Assembly (NCBI GenBank): GCA_964452165.1 | Contig: CAYVKP010000001.1 | Coordinates: 1,715 to 65,714, forward strand | Length of the DNA stretch: 64,000 nucleotides | Direction of reading: 5' to 3' | From: an uncultured Gammaproteobacteria bacterium | Lineage (GTDB): Bacteria > Patescibacteriota > Microgenomatia > Levybacterales > GWA1-39-11 | Shown: in pieces, positions 43,042 to 54,332 of the stretch | Numbering within the stretch: position 1 is the first letter of the stretch | Layout: each line of letters begins with the position of its first letter | Made by a program: the position numbers and the translations under genes | The notes under the pieces: model-generated | Databases searched by the model: none | What the model saw: the letters and a program-made list of their open reading frames with translations, nothing else | Told to the model about the DNA's origin: nothing

Positions 43042-43782
43042 ATGGCACAAAGAGAACACCTAAAAGTTGAAAAACGCACAGTCCTTGGCAAGAAAATAAA
43101 GAAGCTTCGCCAGGAAGGATTATTGCCCGCAAACGTTTATGGCAAGGGGATGAAATCTGTGGCTCTTCAGGTTCCGCTTAAAGATTTTACACCGGTTTAC
43201 GAGGCTGCACATGAGACAGGACTCGTCGACCTTTCTTATGAATCTGAGACCGTACCCGTTCTTATACACAATGTTCAGATCAACCCCAGAACTCAAACCC
43301 CACTTCACGTTGACTTTTTCAAAGTTAATTTGAGTGAAAAAATTACAGCTAAAATTCCTGTTGTCTCGGTTGGTGAGCCTAAGGCGGTAACCGACAAGAT
43401 AGGACTTCTTGAGCAACCCGTTATGGAACTTGAGGTCGAAGCACTTCCAACCGACCTTCCTGAGAATGTTGAAGTTAATGTTGAAGGAATGGCAACCGTT
43501 GATGAGCAAATTCTCGTAAATGACTTGAAACTTCCATCAGGCGTAACAGTTCTTTCTGAACCGTCTCAGGTTGTATTTAAGATAGGAGAACTTGTTACTA
43601 AAGAAATGGAAGCACAAGCCGCAGCAGATGAAGCCGCGGCAGCAGAAGCATCCGCTACAACTGAGGCAGAAGGCGAGACACCTGCTGAAGGAGAGAAACC
43701 GGCCGAGGGTGAGGCAGCAGTAGAGGGCGAACAGAAAGAAGAAAGTAAAGAAGAAGCTCCGGCTGAGGCTCCAAAGGAATAA
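43042..43782 (+). CDS. rplY: 50S ribosomal protein L25/general stress protein Ctc, with acidic Ala/Glu-rich tail
   Basis: LKVEKRTVLGKK...LRQEGLLPANVYG... N-domain plus the Ctc C-domain. Confidence 0.9.
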   Translation: MAQREHLKVEKRTVLGKKIKKLRQEGLLPANVYGKGMKSVALQVPLKDFTPVYEAAHETGLVDLSYESETVPVLIHNVQINPRTQTPLHVDFFKVNLSEKITAKIPVVSVGEPKAVTDKIGLLEQPVMELEVEALPTDLPENVEVNVEGMATVDEQILVNDLKLPSGVTVLSEPSQVVFKIGELVTKEMEAQAAADEAAAAEASATTEAEGETPAEGEKPAEGEAAVEGEQKEESKEEAPAEAPKE

Positions 43783-44148
43783 CTATCTCAGGATTTCACT
43801 TTCAAGTTTTTTCGCTTTATCAAATGATGGATCGAGACTTAAGGCATGGTTAAGTAAATCCACTGCATCTTCCCTTTTCCCAAGCTCAAGAGAATATAGA
43901 GCAGCGTTGTAGTAGGCATCGGGTGAATTTGGTTGCCTATGGATAACGTCTTGCCAATACGAAAGGCTATCTATCGCTCTACCCCTCTCCTCGCGTGTTT
44001 CTTGATAATTGAAGTACAGCAAGATAATAAAAAGTGCCAATATTGAGGCTGAAACTAGCAGAAAAAGAGTCACAAGACGGATCAGGTGAGAAGTGACCTT
44101 CGGTAATCGTTCGGTAATTCTGCGGTAATAATCAGACTTTTTTGCCAT
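43783..44148 (-). CDS. membrane-anchored TPR-like protein
   Basis: One TM helix and then a TPR-like motif (PDAYYNAALYSLELGKREDAVDLLNHALSLDP). Confidence 0.6.
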   Translation of the reverse strand: MAKKSDYYRRITERLPKVTSHLIRLVTLFLLVSASILALFIILLYFNYQETREERGRAIDSLSYWQDVIHRQPNSPDAYYNAALYSLELGKREDAVDLLNHALSLDPSFDKAKKLESEILR

Positions 44149-44166
44149 AACCCATTTTATAATACC

Positions 44167-46179
44167 CTACTTTACTCTCCAAATTTGTGCATTTGCGCTT
44201 TCATACGCCTTCCCAAGTCCTAAAATCTCGGGTGGATAAGGAAGGCTTTCTATATAATCCTCGTATTTCGTGAGATACACATACTTTGCGTGGACTCTTT
44301 TAAGCTCGGCCTTTATATCCTCTGGGGATTTTGCCAGAGGCAACGCTAGGCTCTTTACAACTAGCTTATCAGAGAACCTGCTTACGTATCCTTTATAACC
44401 CGCCATAGCGGCGGGTTCTTGTGGTGTTTGCCATACACAACGAAGGCAATCTTTATCATAAACAAGTACAGTGCCGCCAGGTTGTCTTGATAAATAAGAT
44501 AGTGCCGCCATTTCATCTTCTGAAACATACAGCTTCTGTCTTGAAGCAAAAAAAACGACCGCAGATATTAAGACCATGAGAATAATGAATTTATAATAAG
44601 GCTTTGGCAAAAATTTATAAGCTAGGAACAAAATAAGTAAAATTGAGATCATGAAAATTGCAGGAGCAAAGTTAATTAAGATGATGGGAAGGCGCCTTGC
44701 AACCGTAAATGGAATTCTAAATCCTATTTTTTCAACCGTTACACCACTCTGCTCTTTCAGATACTCAGGAAAAATGGTTGTGGAGTCATTGCCTGAACTA
44801 AATTTGAGATTTGGATTTGCTAAAAATTCTTTTGGAAGCTTGACCTTTCCAACTATCTTGATTGACTTATCTGAAAAATCGAATGAACATTTATCAAATC
44901 GCAGACTGTTTTGTGTTGCAAAAATGTATTTCCCACAGGCAAGATCTATCTCGCTTTTTGGTTCGATAACAGCGTCGACTATGTAGGGCAGAGTAATAAA
45001 CAAATAATCTTGCTTATTGGGGGAAGAGTAGAATGGCTCCTTAAGGTCTGTGAAATAAACTCTAAGGTCACGCATCTTCACTTTCTCTGTTTTTGAATCG
45101 TACAATAGTCCTATTCTGTAGTTTGGATTTTGATACCAGATAGCTTTTTGTGCGCTGCCTAAAAAGTCGTCTGAAACAATAAGTTGAGGGGGAGAAATTG
45201 TTTTAAATTCCACACGATACCAATTTGTAAAGTCTTTCATGGTCAAAATCTGCCTTCCGGAAAGACTTGAGACCATATCGAGCCGTTTGGCATACAAAGA
45301 GGAAAAAGAAGAGGGTGGAAAATCGCTCTCAAGACCTAATGTCAGATGAGCAAACTTATTTTCTGGTTGTTGCTGTGAATAGAAAGAGGTTATTTGTTGA
45401 AAATAACTATCCGGAAGATGAATTGTGTCGTAATCCTGAACGCTATACATGCCGGAAGACACCTTCGTAGGGCTCTTGTAACCATTGACAGGATCACGAG
45501 GTGCCCACTTCAGCATTAAAACATCAGCATTATCAGAAATGCTCTTTGCAGGAACTGCCGCATTTATTTTTGAGGGGTAATAAGGCGTAGACCAATATGT
45601 CCCCCAGACTTGATATCCATCTAAGGTAAACTGATCCGAAACCGAAAGATTTGACGTTACTTTATATTTATTTGATAAATAGTTGAGCGAATAAGAGTCC
45701 GTCCACCAGGAGCCGACCGAAACCGGTGTAAACCCAAGTCTCTGTTGAAATTTTGAGAAGACTGCATCGATTAACTTCTTCCTGTCCGCCTGTAAATAGC
45801 CTGAGAGGAAAAGAGAGGCTGCTCTGTGCCAAGAGTCACGCTTGTTGTAGGTAACTCCTGCATTTTGGGCGAACGAGGGGGAAACCTCAAGAAAAATTCC
45901 AATCTCTTGATTTACGTCAAAGGTTGATACGACTTTCATCATGTCGTCGCGCGAAAGAACATCGTAGGTGAGGAGCCAAGTTGCAGGTAAATTTCTTCTT
46001 TTAATCTCTTGATACTCCGCGTCAAGACTTTTTGCCGGATCCTTGACGTATGAGGAGACCCTGACAGGATTGACGATTGTTATGAATGAATTACTTTGCG
46101 CAAAAGTTTTTTTGGTGGAGGTAAAAAATAATATCAATAATAAAAACGCGAACAGTAGTTTTAAATAACGGTTAGTCAT
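44167..46179 (-). CDS. large membrane-associated hypothetical protein
   Basis: Long ORF. The likely start is MTNRYLKLLF (signal/anchor) at 46179, although the ORF is open to 46251. There are C-terminal TM helices and no confident domain. Confidence 0.65.
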   Translation of the reverse strand: MTNRYLKLLFAFLLLILFFTSTKKTFAQSNSFITIVNPVRVSSYVKDPAKSLDAEYQEIKRRNLPATWLLTYDVLSRDDMMKVVSTFDVNQEIGIFLEVSPSFAQNAGVTYNKRDSWHRAASLFLSGYLQADRKKLIDAVFSKFQQRLGFTPVSVGSWWTDSYSLNYLSNKYKVTSNLSVSDQFTLDGYQVWGTYWSTPYYPSKINAAVPAKSISDNADVLMLKWAPRDPVNGYKSPTKVSSGMYSVQDYDTIHLPDSYFQQITSFYSQQQPENKFAHLTLGLESDFPPSSFSSLYAKRLDMVSSLSGRQILTMKDFTNWYRVEFKTISPPQLIVSDDFLGSAQKAIWYQNPNYRIGLLYDSKTEKVKMRDLRVYFTDLKEPFYSSPNKQDYLFITLPYIVDAVIEPKSEIDLACGKYIFATQNSLRFDKCSFDFSDKSIKIVGKVKLPKEFLANPNLKFSSGNDSTTIFPEYLKEQSGVTVEKIGFRIPFTVARRLPIILINFAPAIFMISILLILFLAYKFLPKPYYKFIILMVLISAVVFFASRQKLYVSEDEMAALSYLSRQPGGTVLVYDKDCLRCVWQTPQEPAAMAGYKGYVSRFSDKLVVKSLALPLAKSPEDIKAELKRVHAKYVYLTKYEDYIESLPYPPEILGLGKAYESANAQIWRVK

Positions 46180-48382
46180 TAATCGGTTTACCCTGAGGAG
46201 CGCTCGCGACGAAGGGCCATTTCTCAACAATAAGATGCTTATCCGACTCAAACTTTTGATAAAGTTCCTCGGTTATAAATGGCATAAAGGGGTGGAGTAG
46301 AGCAAGCGAAGTTTTAAAAACATATTCAAGAGTAGGTTGAGCTTCTGCCCGTCTTTCTTTTACGCTTTCTACATATTTGTCTGCAAATTCATGCCAGATA
46401 AATTGATAAAGCTCTTGAGCCCCGTCGTGGAGCCTAAACTGATCTATTGCAGAGCTTACCTTCCCGGAGATATCTTTAAGTTTTTTAATTATCTCCTGAT
46501 CTGCAATGTTAGAGCTAATCTCTTGCGCTGAATCTTCGGGCTTAAAGTCTACAATAAAACGTGCGATGTTCCAGAGCTTGTTGGTAAAGTATTTCATTCC
46601 GCGTACCTTGTCTTCTGACATAGGAATATCAGATCCCGCGGCAGTTGAGAAAACTAATGCCATTCTTAATGCATCAGTTCCATATTTTTCCGATAGATCC
46701 AACGGATCGATTACATTTCCTTTTGACTTACTCATTTTTTGTTTTTCAGCATCCCTAACCAAACCATGGAGCAAGACCTGGCGGAAGGGGACTTGACCCA
46801 GCAGAGAAGTTGTCATAAGAATCATTCTGGCAACCCAGAAGAATATGATGTCATAACCTGTTTCCAAAACACTTGTGGGGTGAAATATTTTCAAGTCTTC
46901 TGTTTCTTTTGGCCAACCCAAAGTTGAAAAGGTCCAAAGCCCTGAAGAAAACCAAGTGTCCAAAGTATCGGGGTCCTGGCGCACATCTTTAGAGTTACAC
47001 TTCGAGCATTTTTCGGGAACCGCTTCATCTTCCACAATGACATTCGAGCATTTTTCGCAGAACCAAGCTGGAATTCTATGTCCGTACCAAAGTTGGCGTG
47101 AGATACACCAGTCGCGCAAATTATCAATCCAGTGGTAATAGGTTTTGACAAATCTATCGGGATTTATTTTTATAAGATTTTTTTCAACAACATGTTTCAT
47201 AAGCTCTTTGAGGGTTACCTTAGAGCCTGATTCGATGCCTTCAATCTCTGAGTGAGCAAGAACAAACTCTTTATTAACTGCTACCATCCACTGGGCAAGA
47301 ATTTGTGGCTCAATTATTCCGCCTCCACGATAGTTTGTGGCAATTCTATGTTGATAGTTTTCGTCGATCTTTTCAATCAAGCCTTTTTGTTTTAATTTTT
47401 CTACAATCAAAGGCCTGGCTTTTTTAATATGAAGCCCTGCAAGGTCTCCTGCTACAGGCAAAAGTTTTCCTTTAAAATCGACTACCTGCTCCGTATCAAG
47501 CTTGTGTCTTTTGGCAATTTCATAATCCGTCTTATCGTGCCATGGAGTAATGGTCATAACTCCCGTCCCAAACTCCATATCAATTGCCTCGTCCTTTATG
47601 ATTGTTGCCGTTATCTTTCCGTTGATCCACTCAACTTCAATTTTTTCTCCGTCTTTATATTTTTCATAGCGCGAGTCTGCCGGATGCATAACTACGTATT
47701 TATCTCCGAATTTTGTCTCGGGACGTGCTGTACCAATTGTAAAGGGGCCATATTTAAGATAGTAGAATTGAGCACTTTCATCTTTCCATTCAATCTCATC
47801 GTCTGAAACGGTCGTTTGAAGTTTTGGATCCCAATTAACGATTGTCTCGCCTCTATAAATTAGACCCAAATCATACATTTTTTTGAACGCAACTCGAACG
47901 GCCAAATTTCGCTCCTCATCTAAGGTGTATGCCTCGCGTTTCCAGTCAACTGATGCTCCCATTTTTTTAATTTGGTTAACTATGGTATCGTGACTTGTTT
48001 TGGCAAATTCCTCAACCCTTTGAAGAAATTCTTCACGACCCAAATCGTGTCTCGTTTTCTCCTCTTCCTTATAAAGAATTGATTCAACTTTTGATTGAGT
48101 TGCTATCGCGGCGTGATCTGTACCCGGAAGCCACAACGTGTTAAAACCTTTCATTCTGTTGTAACGAATTAAGATGTCTTCAATAACAAGCATTAAGGCG
48201 TGTCCGATATGCAAAGTTCCCGTTACGTTAGGTGGAGGCAGAACAATAGAGTAGGTATCTTCTTCATGTTTGCCGAAGCGAGCAATAGGGGAAAAATAAT
48301 CATTTTTTTCCCATTCGGAATAGATTTTTTCTTCAATCTTTTTATGATCATAGGCTTTATCCATAGAGCGTGATTTTAGCAT
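46172..48382 (-). CDS. valS: valine--tRNA ligase
   Basis: PPPNVTGTLHIGHAL (HIGH), KMSKSKGN (KMSKS), and a CP1 editing domain region. Confidence 0.95.
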   Translation of the reverse strand: MLKSRSMDKAYDHKKIEEKIYSEWEKNDYFSPIARFGKHEEDTYSIVLPPPNVTGTLHIGHALMLVIEDILIRYNRMKGFNTLWLPGTDHAAIATQSKVESILYKEEEKTRHDLGREEFLQRVEEFAKTSHDTIVNQIKKMGASVDWKREAYTLDEERNLAVRVAFKKMYDLGLIYRGETIVNWDPKLQTTVSDDEIEWKDESAQFYYLKYGPFTIGTARPETKFGDKYVVMHPADSRYEKYKDGEKIEVEWINGKITATIIKDEAIDMEFGTGVMTITPWHDKTDYEIAKRHKLDTEQVVDFKGKLLPVAGDLAGLHIKKARPLIVEKLKQKGLIEKIDENYQHRIATNYRGGGIIEPQILAQWMVAVNKEFVLAHSEIEGIESGSKVTLKELMKHVVEKNLIKINPDRFVKTYYHWIDNLRDWCISRQLWYGHRIPAWFCEKCSNVIVEDEAVPEKCSKCNSKDVRQDPDTLDTWFSSGLWTFSTLGWPKETEDLKIFHPTSVLETGYDIIFFWVARMILMTTSLLGQVPFRQVLLHGLVRDAEKQKMSKSKGNVIDPLDLSEKYGTDALRMALVFSTAAGSDIPMSEDKVRGMKYFTNKLWNIARFIVDFKPEDSAQEISSNIADQEIIKKLKDISGKVSSAIDQFRLHDGAQELYQFIWHEFADKYVESVKERRAEAQPTLEYVFKTSLALLHPFMPFITEELYQKFESDKHLIVEKWPFVASAPQGKPIND

Positions 48383-48426
48383 ACCACAAATTTGCGTTCA
48401 ATCGACGCACGGCATATAATACAAAT

Positions 48427-50052
48427 ATGGATAATGCTAGCGTACAAAGCGCAACAGAGGGTCAAGTTGTCGGTAGTCAAAGTGATCACAAACACGAACT
48501 TAATAAGGCTTCTCAATATCTCACCAAAGCGTATGAGACAGGAAACAAACCACACCACGATAAGGGAAATGTCGCACGTGGAATAGCCTCAGAGCTTGCT
48601 GCCTGGTATGAAAAGCTGCGGACCGCAATTGAGAATCGTGATGAAGAAGTTATCTTGCGCTCGGCAATTGAGAGAATTTTAAGACGTAGATTACTTCTGG
48701 GTGGAAATGGCGCGAGTGTGGCAAAACCGCTTGTTCGTGAGCTTATTTGGGCAAGATATTTTCCCGATGAATCGATCAGTGATGACAAGATAACCGAGAT
48801 TGAAAAAATAATAGACCTATATCTCAATCTTCGTCGTAACGTTCCAACTTATAACAAAATCAGCGAATCAGATCTTAATGAGTGGATATATCAACTGATG
48901 TCTGCACATATTGAAAGCCATTTAAGCCCAGGACTGCGGACGGAAGCAATGATTTCCTATATCTATCACAACATTCGCGACAAGGTAAAGATAAAAGATG
49001 ACAGTGTAGAGACCCGCGATGCTCAAGTCTTTATCGCCATAAGAAAGGCTTATGCAAAAGAGGACTTGCCATTCCTCAGATACGCACTTTTCACTCAATA
49101 TTTTGGAGTTCTGACAGACAAAAATGTTAGAGACATTATGAGAAGATTCGGACAGGGTAAGCACGTAATTGATACCCAATTAAATTACTCTGGACGTTTT
49201 AAGATTTTTGAATTTGTTAAGAGGCAAATCCCTCCATTCCTGATTCTTGATGACATAATGAAAAATTATGAAGATACCTTTGATGACTTGCTCCGCGACG
49301 AAGAGGAATTTACAAATGTAATTGTCCAAACTTGCGACGCCAGATACGCCAACATTTCAGGAAAAGTTAGGCGAGCAATAATCCGTTCGATTATATTTAT
49401 TTTGTTATCGAAAGTATTCTTGGCATTAACAATTGAAGGGACTTATGACAGATTTGTCTATGGACATATTAAGTGGGAAATTATTGGTATCAATATTGCA
49501 ATCCCGGTTGGCATGATGATAATCGTCTCCTTTTTCATGAGAGCTCCCGGAATGGATAATACCGACCGAATCGCTGCAAGAATTAAATCTCTTCTTTTTG
49601 ATGAGCAACCACAACTCGGAAAGGATCTGGCGTTTAATCACAAGCCGCGCGCAAAGACTTTAATGGATACAATCTTTACAACTGTTTGGCTTGGAACATT
49701 TCTTGCAAGTTTTGGAATAATAATTTATGCCCTAACACAATTGCAATTTAATTATGTAAGTCAAGCATTCTTTATCTTTTTCTTTGCAATCGTTTCGTTC
49801 CTTTCGTATAGAATTAATCAAGCAGCAAATCTTTACACGGTTAAGGATAAACCAAGTCTCGCGACTCCATTTGTAGACTTCTTCTTCATGCCAATAGCTC
49901 GAGTAGGGCGCTATCTTGCAGAAGGGGTGAGATCGATTAATATTTTTGTGTTCTTGCTTGATATGTTAATTGAAATGCCACTTAAAGGACTCGTTGCATT
50001 CTTTGAACAATGGTTCTTCTTCCTTCACTCAAAGCGCGAAGATTTGGCCTAG
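48427..50052 (+). CDS. hypothetical multi-pass membrane protein
   Basis: Soluble N-terminal about 330 aa and then at least four TM helices. The ORF is open from GTG 48370, but ATG 48427 avoids overlap with valS. Confidence 0.6.
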   Translation: MDNASVQSATEGQVVGSQSDHKHELNKASQYLTKAYETGNKPHHDKGNVARGIASELAAWYEKLRTAIENRDEEVILRSAIERILRRRLLLGGNGASVAKPLVRELIWARYFPDESISDDKITEIEKIIDLYLNLRRNVPTYNKISESDLNEWIYQLMSAHIESHLSPGLRTEAMISYIYHNIRDKVKIKDDSVETRDAQVFIAIRKAYAKEDLPFLRYALFTQYFGVLTDKNVRDIMRRFGQGKHVIDTQLNYSGRFKIFEFVKRQIPPFLILDDIMKNYEDTFDDLLRDEEEFTNVIVQTCDARYANISGKVRRAIIRSIIFILLSKVFLALTIEGTYDRFVYGHIKWEIIGINIAIPVGMMIIVSFFMRAPGMDNTDRIAARIKSLLFDEQPQLGKDLAFNHKPRAKTLMDTIFTTVWLGTFLASFGIIIYALTQLQFNYVSQAFFIFFFAIVSFLSYRINQAANLYTVKDKPSLATPFVDFFFMPIARVGRYLAEGVRSINIFVFLLDMLIEMPLKGLVAFFEQWFFFLHSKREDLA

Positions 50053-50085
50053 ATTTATTTTGTGGATGGCTGAAATTTATTTGAA

Positions 50086-50511
50086 ATGAAAGACCAACCC
50101 GACTTCATAATCTACACAGATGGTGGATCGCGTGGAAATCCCGGACCTGCAGCATACGGCTTTGTTATATACAATGGGGCCAACAAGGTTTTGTTTGAAG
50201 AAGGAAAAAGCCTAGGAATAAATACCAATAATTTTGCAGAGTATAGCGGGGTGGTAGCGGCGTTAAAATGGGTTTTGGAAAATTCAAAAATCAAGCAACC
50301 CAACATTCAGTTCTTTATGGATTCACAGCTTGCCGTTATGCAAATTACGGAAAAGTGGAAAATTAAAAATGAAAATATCCGTAATTTCTATGCTACGGTC
50401 AAGGACTTGGAGCAGAAGATTGGCGGAAAAATTTTATACACTCACGTTAGACGAGAGGCGAATAAAGAGGCCGATCGCCTCGTAAACTTTGCTCTTGATA
50501 GTCTGATTTAA
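50086..50511 (+). CDS. rnhA: ribonuclease H (RNase HI family)
   Basis: IYTDGGSRGNPGPAAYG, NNFAEY, DSQL, EANKEADRL (DEDD residues). Confidence 0.85.
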   Translation: MKDQPDFIIYTDGGSRGNPGPAAYGFVIYNGANKVLFEEGKSLGINTNNFAEYSGVVAALKWVLENSKIKQPNIQFFMDSQLAVMQITEKWKIKNENIRNFYATVKDLEQKIGGKILYTHVRREANKEADRLVNFALDSLI

Positions 50512-50573
50512 ATACTGGCTCAATTTTAACCTCGATACTAGATACGAAATACTAAATACCTTATACTAATTTT

Positions 50574-53252
50574 ATGCCCAAACTTGCCCTTGAAACGCGA
50601 GACCGCGAAAAACCCTTACTCCTTGTCGCGGGAAAAAGCCAACTGACGAGTTACTTGATAGAAAAATCTTCCGACGATTTTAAAATCGCATACCTTTCTG
50701 ACGAACAAATTCCAACAAGTGTCGCCGGATCCGAACATTTTTACCGCATAGGTAAAGACTCAGCCCATCTTATAGCGAGTCTTGAAGAGAAAATAGACTA
50801 CGCGGTAATATTTTTGGAAAGCACATCTGATAAAGATTTCTTACCTGCGCTTTTTGAAAAATTATCATCTGACAATACCAAAACTGCAGTTATGATTCCC
50901 GTCCAAAAAACAGATGTTTTTGTGGACGTGATGCTTGAGTATAAAAAAAATCCTTCGTTTTATTTCTTAATTCTTGGAGACGTTTATTCAGAATCCGGAA
51001 GTGATCAGGAAGTCATTTCGGGGTTAATAAAAAATGCCATAACGAATCATATAGTTAAGCTAACAGGAGACGATTTAACTCCCATTTTCCCAATCTATTT
51101 AGAAGACGCCCTGACCGGAATAAATCAGGTGCTTTTGGGTCCAAGTAAACGACAAAAGTTTTACTGGCTTTTCTACAGTCACCCCCAAACAATTATCTCG
51201 GCAACCCATATTTTAAAACGTGTTGAGTCCGACCTTGAGATTCAATACGAGGATGAGGAAACAGCTTTGGAGAAAAGACTCAGACATGAAGAGATAGAAG
51301 AAAACCTTGCGGCCAAAATATTAACCAAGCCTGTATATCTTGATAAGTACTTTATGGGATTTGAGAAAAGCGTAGAGTTATTTGTAAATTACAGAGAGCC
51401 TGAAAGATCTACTGAAGAAAAACAAGTAGCCAGACCTCCCAAGATTATCAAAAGAAAAAAATCTCAGATAAAGCTTTTAATATCTGCTGCCCTTATAGCA
51501 TTCGGTATTTTTCTAATAATGATGGTGGCAGCAACTGCGCTTTCAATTGCACACTTCAAGGCGTCCCTCAAGGCTTTTGAAGCAGGTGATTTCAAAACAG
51601 CAGGCAGACAAATTCACGATGCAAATTTCTTTTTAAGCTTTGCCTCTCCGAGTATCAATCTGCTTGGTCAAACAACTAGAGTTATCGGACTTACCGGAAC
51701 CAACGTTTTCTTTGATAACTTCTCTGCAAGCTCTGCGCTTGTACAAATTGCGGCAAAAGACATAGAGGCTATTTCCAGAATTGACAAAGGTATTGATAAA
51801 AATACTTTGGACAGTCTTATCTCCGATTCTTTTTACTTCTATTTCTCTGCTCAAAAATATAAGATTGATTTTTCAAATAACATTATTGATTCTCTTCTTA
51901 CTCCGCAGCTATCAAAAACCATGAGCGTTGCGCCAATCGCCGAAAAAATTCTAGGCTTTAACGGTGAGAAAAATTATCTTCTACTTTTTCAAAATAATGG
52001 AGAGCTTAGGCCTACCGGCGGTTTTATAGGATCAATCGGAGAACTTAAAGTCAAAGATGGGGCAATAAAGAAGCTTACTCTCAACGACGTTTACGATTTT
52101 GACGGTAAACTTAAAGCCCACGTGGAACCGTATTATGTCGTCAGAAGATACTTACAACCCCATTTATATTTGAGGGATAGTAACTTTGACCCCGACTTCC
52201 AAAACAGTGCCAGCGCGGCGGCGCTTCTTTATAACCTTGAGAGTGGTAGAAAAGTAGATGGAGTAATTGCCATAAATTATGATGCGGTAAAACAGATAAT
52301 AGGAGCTGTTGGACCAATCAAGCTTACCGCCTACAACAAAACCGTTGATGAAAATAACGCTTTTGAATTTTTACAAAATACGATTGATAACAACTTCTTT
52401 CCTGGATCAACACAGAAGAGAGACGTTTTAAACGCTTTGTTTGATGACCTGGTTTTCAAGATAGGGGAAAATCAAAACTCTATAAAAATCGCAAGACTTT
52501 TGCCAAAGCTTATGAACGAAAAGAATATTTTGTTTGCGTTTGAACAACCCTCCGTTCAAGCAATATTTTCTTCCATTAATTTTGGCGGGGAATATAAAGA
52601 AATAAGACCTACGACAAAAGATACAATTATGGATTCGCTTGCAGTCAACGAAGCCAACATTGGAGTAGATAAAGCAAATGCTTATCTTACCTCCGAAACT
52701 TCTTATGAGGTAGATCTTTCATCGAATAATATTTCGTCAAAAGTTACACATACAATTAATAACACTTCCACAAAATCCAAGGATTACAAGGCGTATGTAA
52801 GATTTTTTGCGCCATTAGGAAGTAATCTTTCAAGAATCATAATTGATGGACAAGAGCAAAAAATTGTACCTGCGATTACAGATTACAAGACTTATGAACG
52901 TATAAACTTTAAAGCTCCCGCTGGGCTTGAGGTAGATCAGGGAACAGAAAACGGATACCAAGTTTTTGGTTTTATAATAAATGTCCCAAGACTAACAAAA
53001 CAGGAGATATATATCGAATACGCAAATGGAGCGAATAATATCTCAAGTTCAATCTTTAACTATTCCTTAAGGCTTATAAAACAACCCGGGAAAGAGGCTT
53101 ACCCTTTCACGCTCAATGCAAAATATAACAAAAATATTACTCCAGAGAAAGTAGATAACGCACAACTACTTGAAAATAGTCTCAGAATGAACAGAACTAT
53201 CAGTCAGGACGAAGAATTTACAATTAAATTTATCAGAAGGTCTAATCAGTAA
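50574..53252 (+). CDS. DUF4012 domain-containing membrane-anchored protein
   Basis: Central TM helix, then NNGELRPTGGFIGSIGE, characteristic of DUF4012. The N-terminal domain is degenerate and Rossmann-like. Confidence 0.7.
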   Translation: MPKLALETRDREKPLLLVAGKSQLTSYLIEKSSDDFKIAYLSDEQIPTSVAGSEHFYRIGKDSAHLIASLEEKIDYAVIFLESTSDKDFLPALFEKLSSDNTKTAVMIPVQKTDVFVDVMLEYKKNPSFYFLILGDVYSESGSDQEVISGLIKNAITNHIVKLTGDDLTPIFPIYLEDALTGINQVLLGPSKRQKFYWLFYSHPQTIISATHILKRVESDLEIQYEDEETALEKRLRHEEIEENLAAKILTKPVYLDKYFMGFEKSVELFVNYREPERSTEEKQVARPPKIIKRKKSQIKLLISAALIAFGIFLIMMVAATALSIAHFKASLKAFEAGDFKTAGRQIHDANFFLSFASPSINLLGQTTRVIGLTGTNVFFDNFSASSALVQIAAKDIEAISRIDKGIDKNTLDSLISDSFYFYFSAQKYKIDFSNNIIDSLLTPQLSKTMSVAPIAEKILGFNGEKNYLLLFQNNGELRPTGGFIGSIGELKVKDGAIKKLTLNDVYDFDGKLKAHVEPYYVVRRYLQPHLYLRDSNFDPDFQNSASAAALLYNLESGRKVDGVIAINYDAVKQIIGAVGPIKLTAYNKTVDENNAFEFLQNTIDNNFFPGSTQKRDVLNALFDDLVFKIGENQNSIKIARLLPKLMNEKNILFAFEQPSVQAIFSSINFGGEYKEIRPTTKDTIMDSLAVNEANIGVDKANAYLTSETSYEVDLSSNNISSKVTHTINNTSTKSKDYKAYVRFFAPLGSNLSRIIIDGQEQKIVPAITDYKTYERINFKAPAGLEVDQGTENGYQVFGFIINVPRLTKQEIYIEYANGANNISSSIFNYSLRLIKQPGKEAYPFTLNAKYNKNITPEKVDNAQLLENSLRMNRTISQDEEFTIKFIRRSNQ

Positions 53253-54252
53253 ACTCCTGGACAAACATTTTTCCGTAAATTCCCGCGTCCAAGACTCCGA
53301 TTCCTACTTTACCAAAATTTGGGGACAATATATTTGCTCTGTGCCCGGGACTTTTCATAAGTCCGTCCATGGCAATTGTTACTTCTGGCGCAAACGCTAA
53401 ATTTTCTCCGGCATATTGGTAGACAATGCTTGCTTGCTCCATTCTGTCAAACGGAGATAAACCTTCAGGGGTGTAATGCGAGAAATATCCTTGCTCAAGC
53501 ATATCTCTTGCGTGAGCACGAGCAACATCTGTCAATTGCGAATCCTCAGTCAATCCGGAGAGTCCTGCCTTTCTTCTTTCCTGATTGAGTAGTTTCAACA
53601 TTCCCTGCTCCGATTCTTCATCTACCTTTGCCGAATTTGTTTTGAAGTTAAGTCCAACTGACTCATTGGAAGAAGGTTCTATGGTCAGGAAATTAATTGT
53701 ATCCTCAATTGCTCCACCAAAAACCTGCCTTACGGTGCCCTCAAATGTTTGTGCGCGAGCTACGAAAAACTTCCCCGAGGCAGAATTCTTGATGGAATTT
53801 TTAATTACTGTTGAAACCGGAAAAGACAGGAGAAAAGCAACCGCAAAAGAGGCAATAAAGAAGAATGACAGTAATCCGAAAATGGCTCCTCCTGCCATAT
53901 CTAAATTTTTAGGAATTGTAATTGAAACGTATTTTCTTCTAACAAATGCTAGGAGTGCCGAGACTAAAGTGAATGCAATAGCAGTAACCAACAGATAAGC
54001 AATTGCATCTGAAATACCCTTTGTTAAAGAGAGCCTTTGTTCAATAACTTGTGAAAGAGGGTGATAGAAGGCAAGTCCCATAAAGAAAGCTACGACCGTT
54101 GAGAAAAAACCAATTCCTGCGGCTATTGTTCCTGTTAGCGCATCTTCGAGAACGTAGAGCAGAAGACCCGCAAAAACTATATAGTCAAAAAGAGAGAAGG
54201 GGATAACTGAGGCGATTTTACCCAAGAAAGATAAGTAACCTGGTAAATTCAT
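53242..54252 (-). CDS. CvpA-like membrane domain fused to CAP/SCP domain
   Basis: Four N-terminal TM helices. C-terminal CAP pattern LNQERRKAGL...MKSPGHRANILSPNFGKVGIGV. Confidence 0.75.
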   Translation of the reverse strand: MNLPGYLSFLGKIASVIPFSLFDYIVFAGLLLYVLEDALTGTIAAGIGFFSTVVAFFMGLAFYHPLSQVIEQRLSLTKGISDAIAYLLVTAIAFTLVSALLAFVRRKYVSITIPKNLDMAGGAIFGLLSFFFIASFAVAFLLSFPVSTVIKNSIKNSASGKFFVARAQTFEGTVRQVFGGAIEDTINFLTIEPSSNESVGLNFKTNSAKVDEESEQGMLKLLNQERRKAGLSGLTEDSQLTDVARAHARDMLEQGYFSHYTPEGLSPFDRMEQASIVYQYAGENLAFAPEVTIAMDGLMKSPGHRANILSPNFGKVGIGVLDAGIYGKMFVQEFTD

Positions 54253-54332
54253 GATTTATATAATATCATTTTCTTAGCTTATTTGAACTGTAAAATGCAG
54301 GGTGTTATAATGAATTTTAGGTAAATTACCTC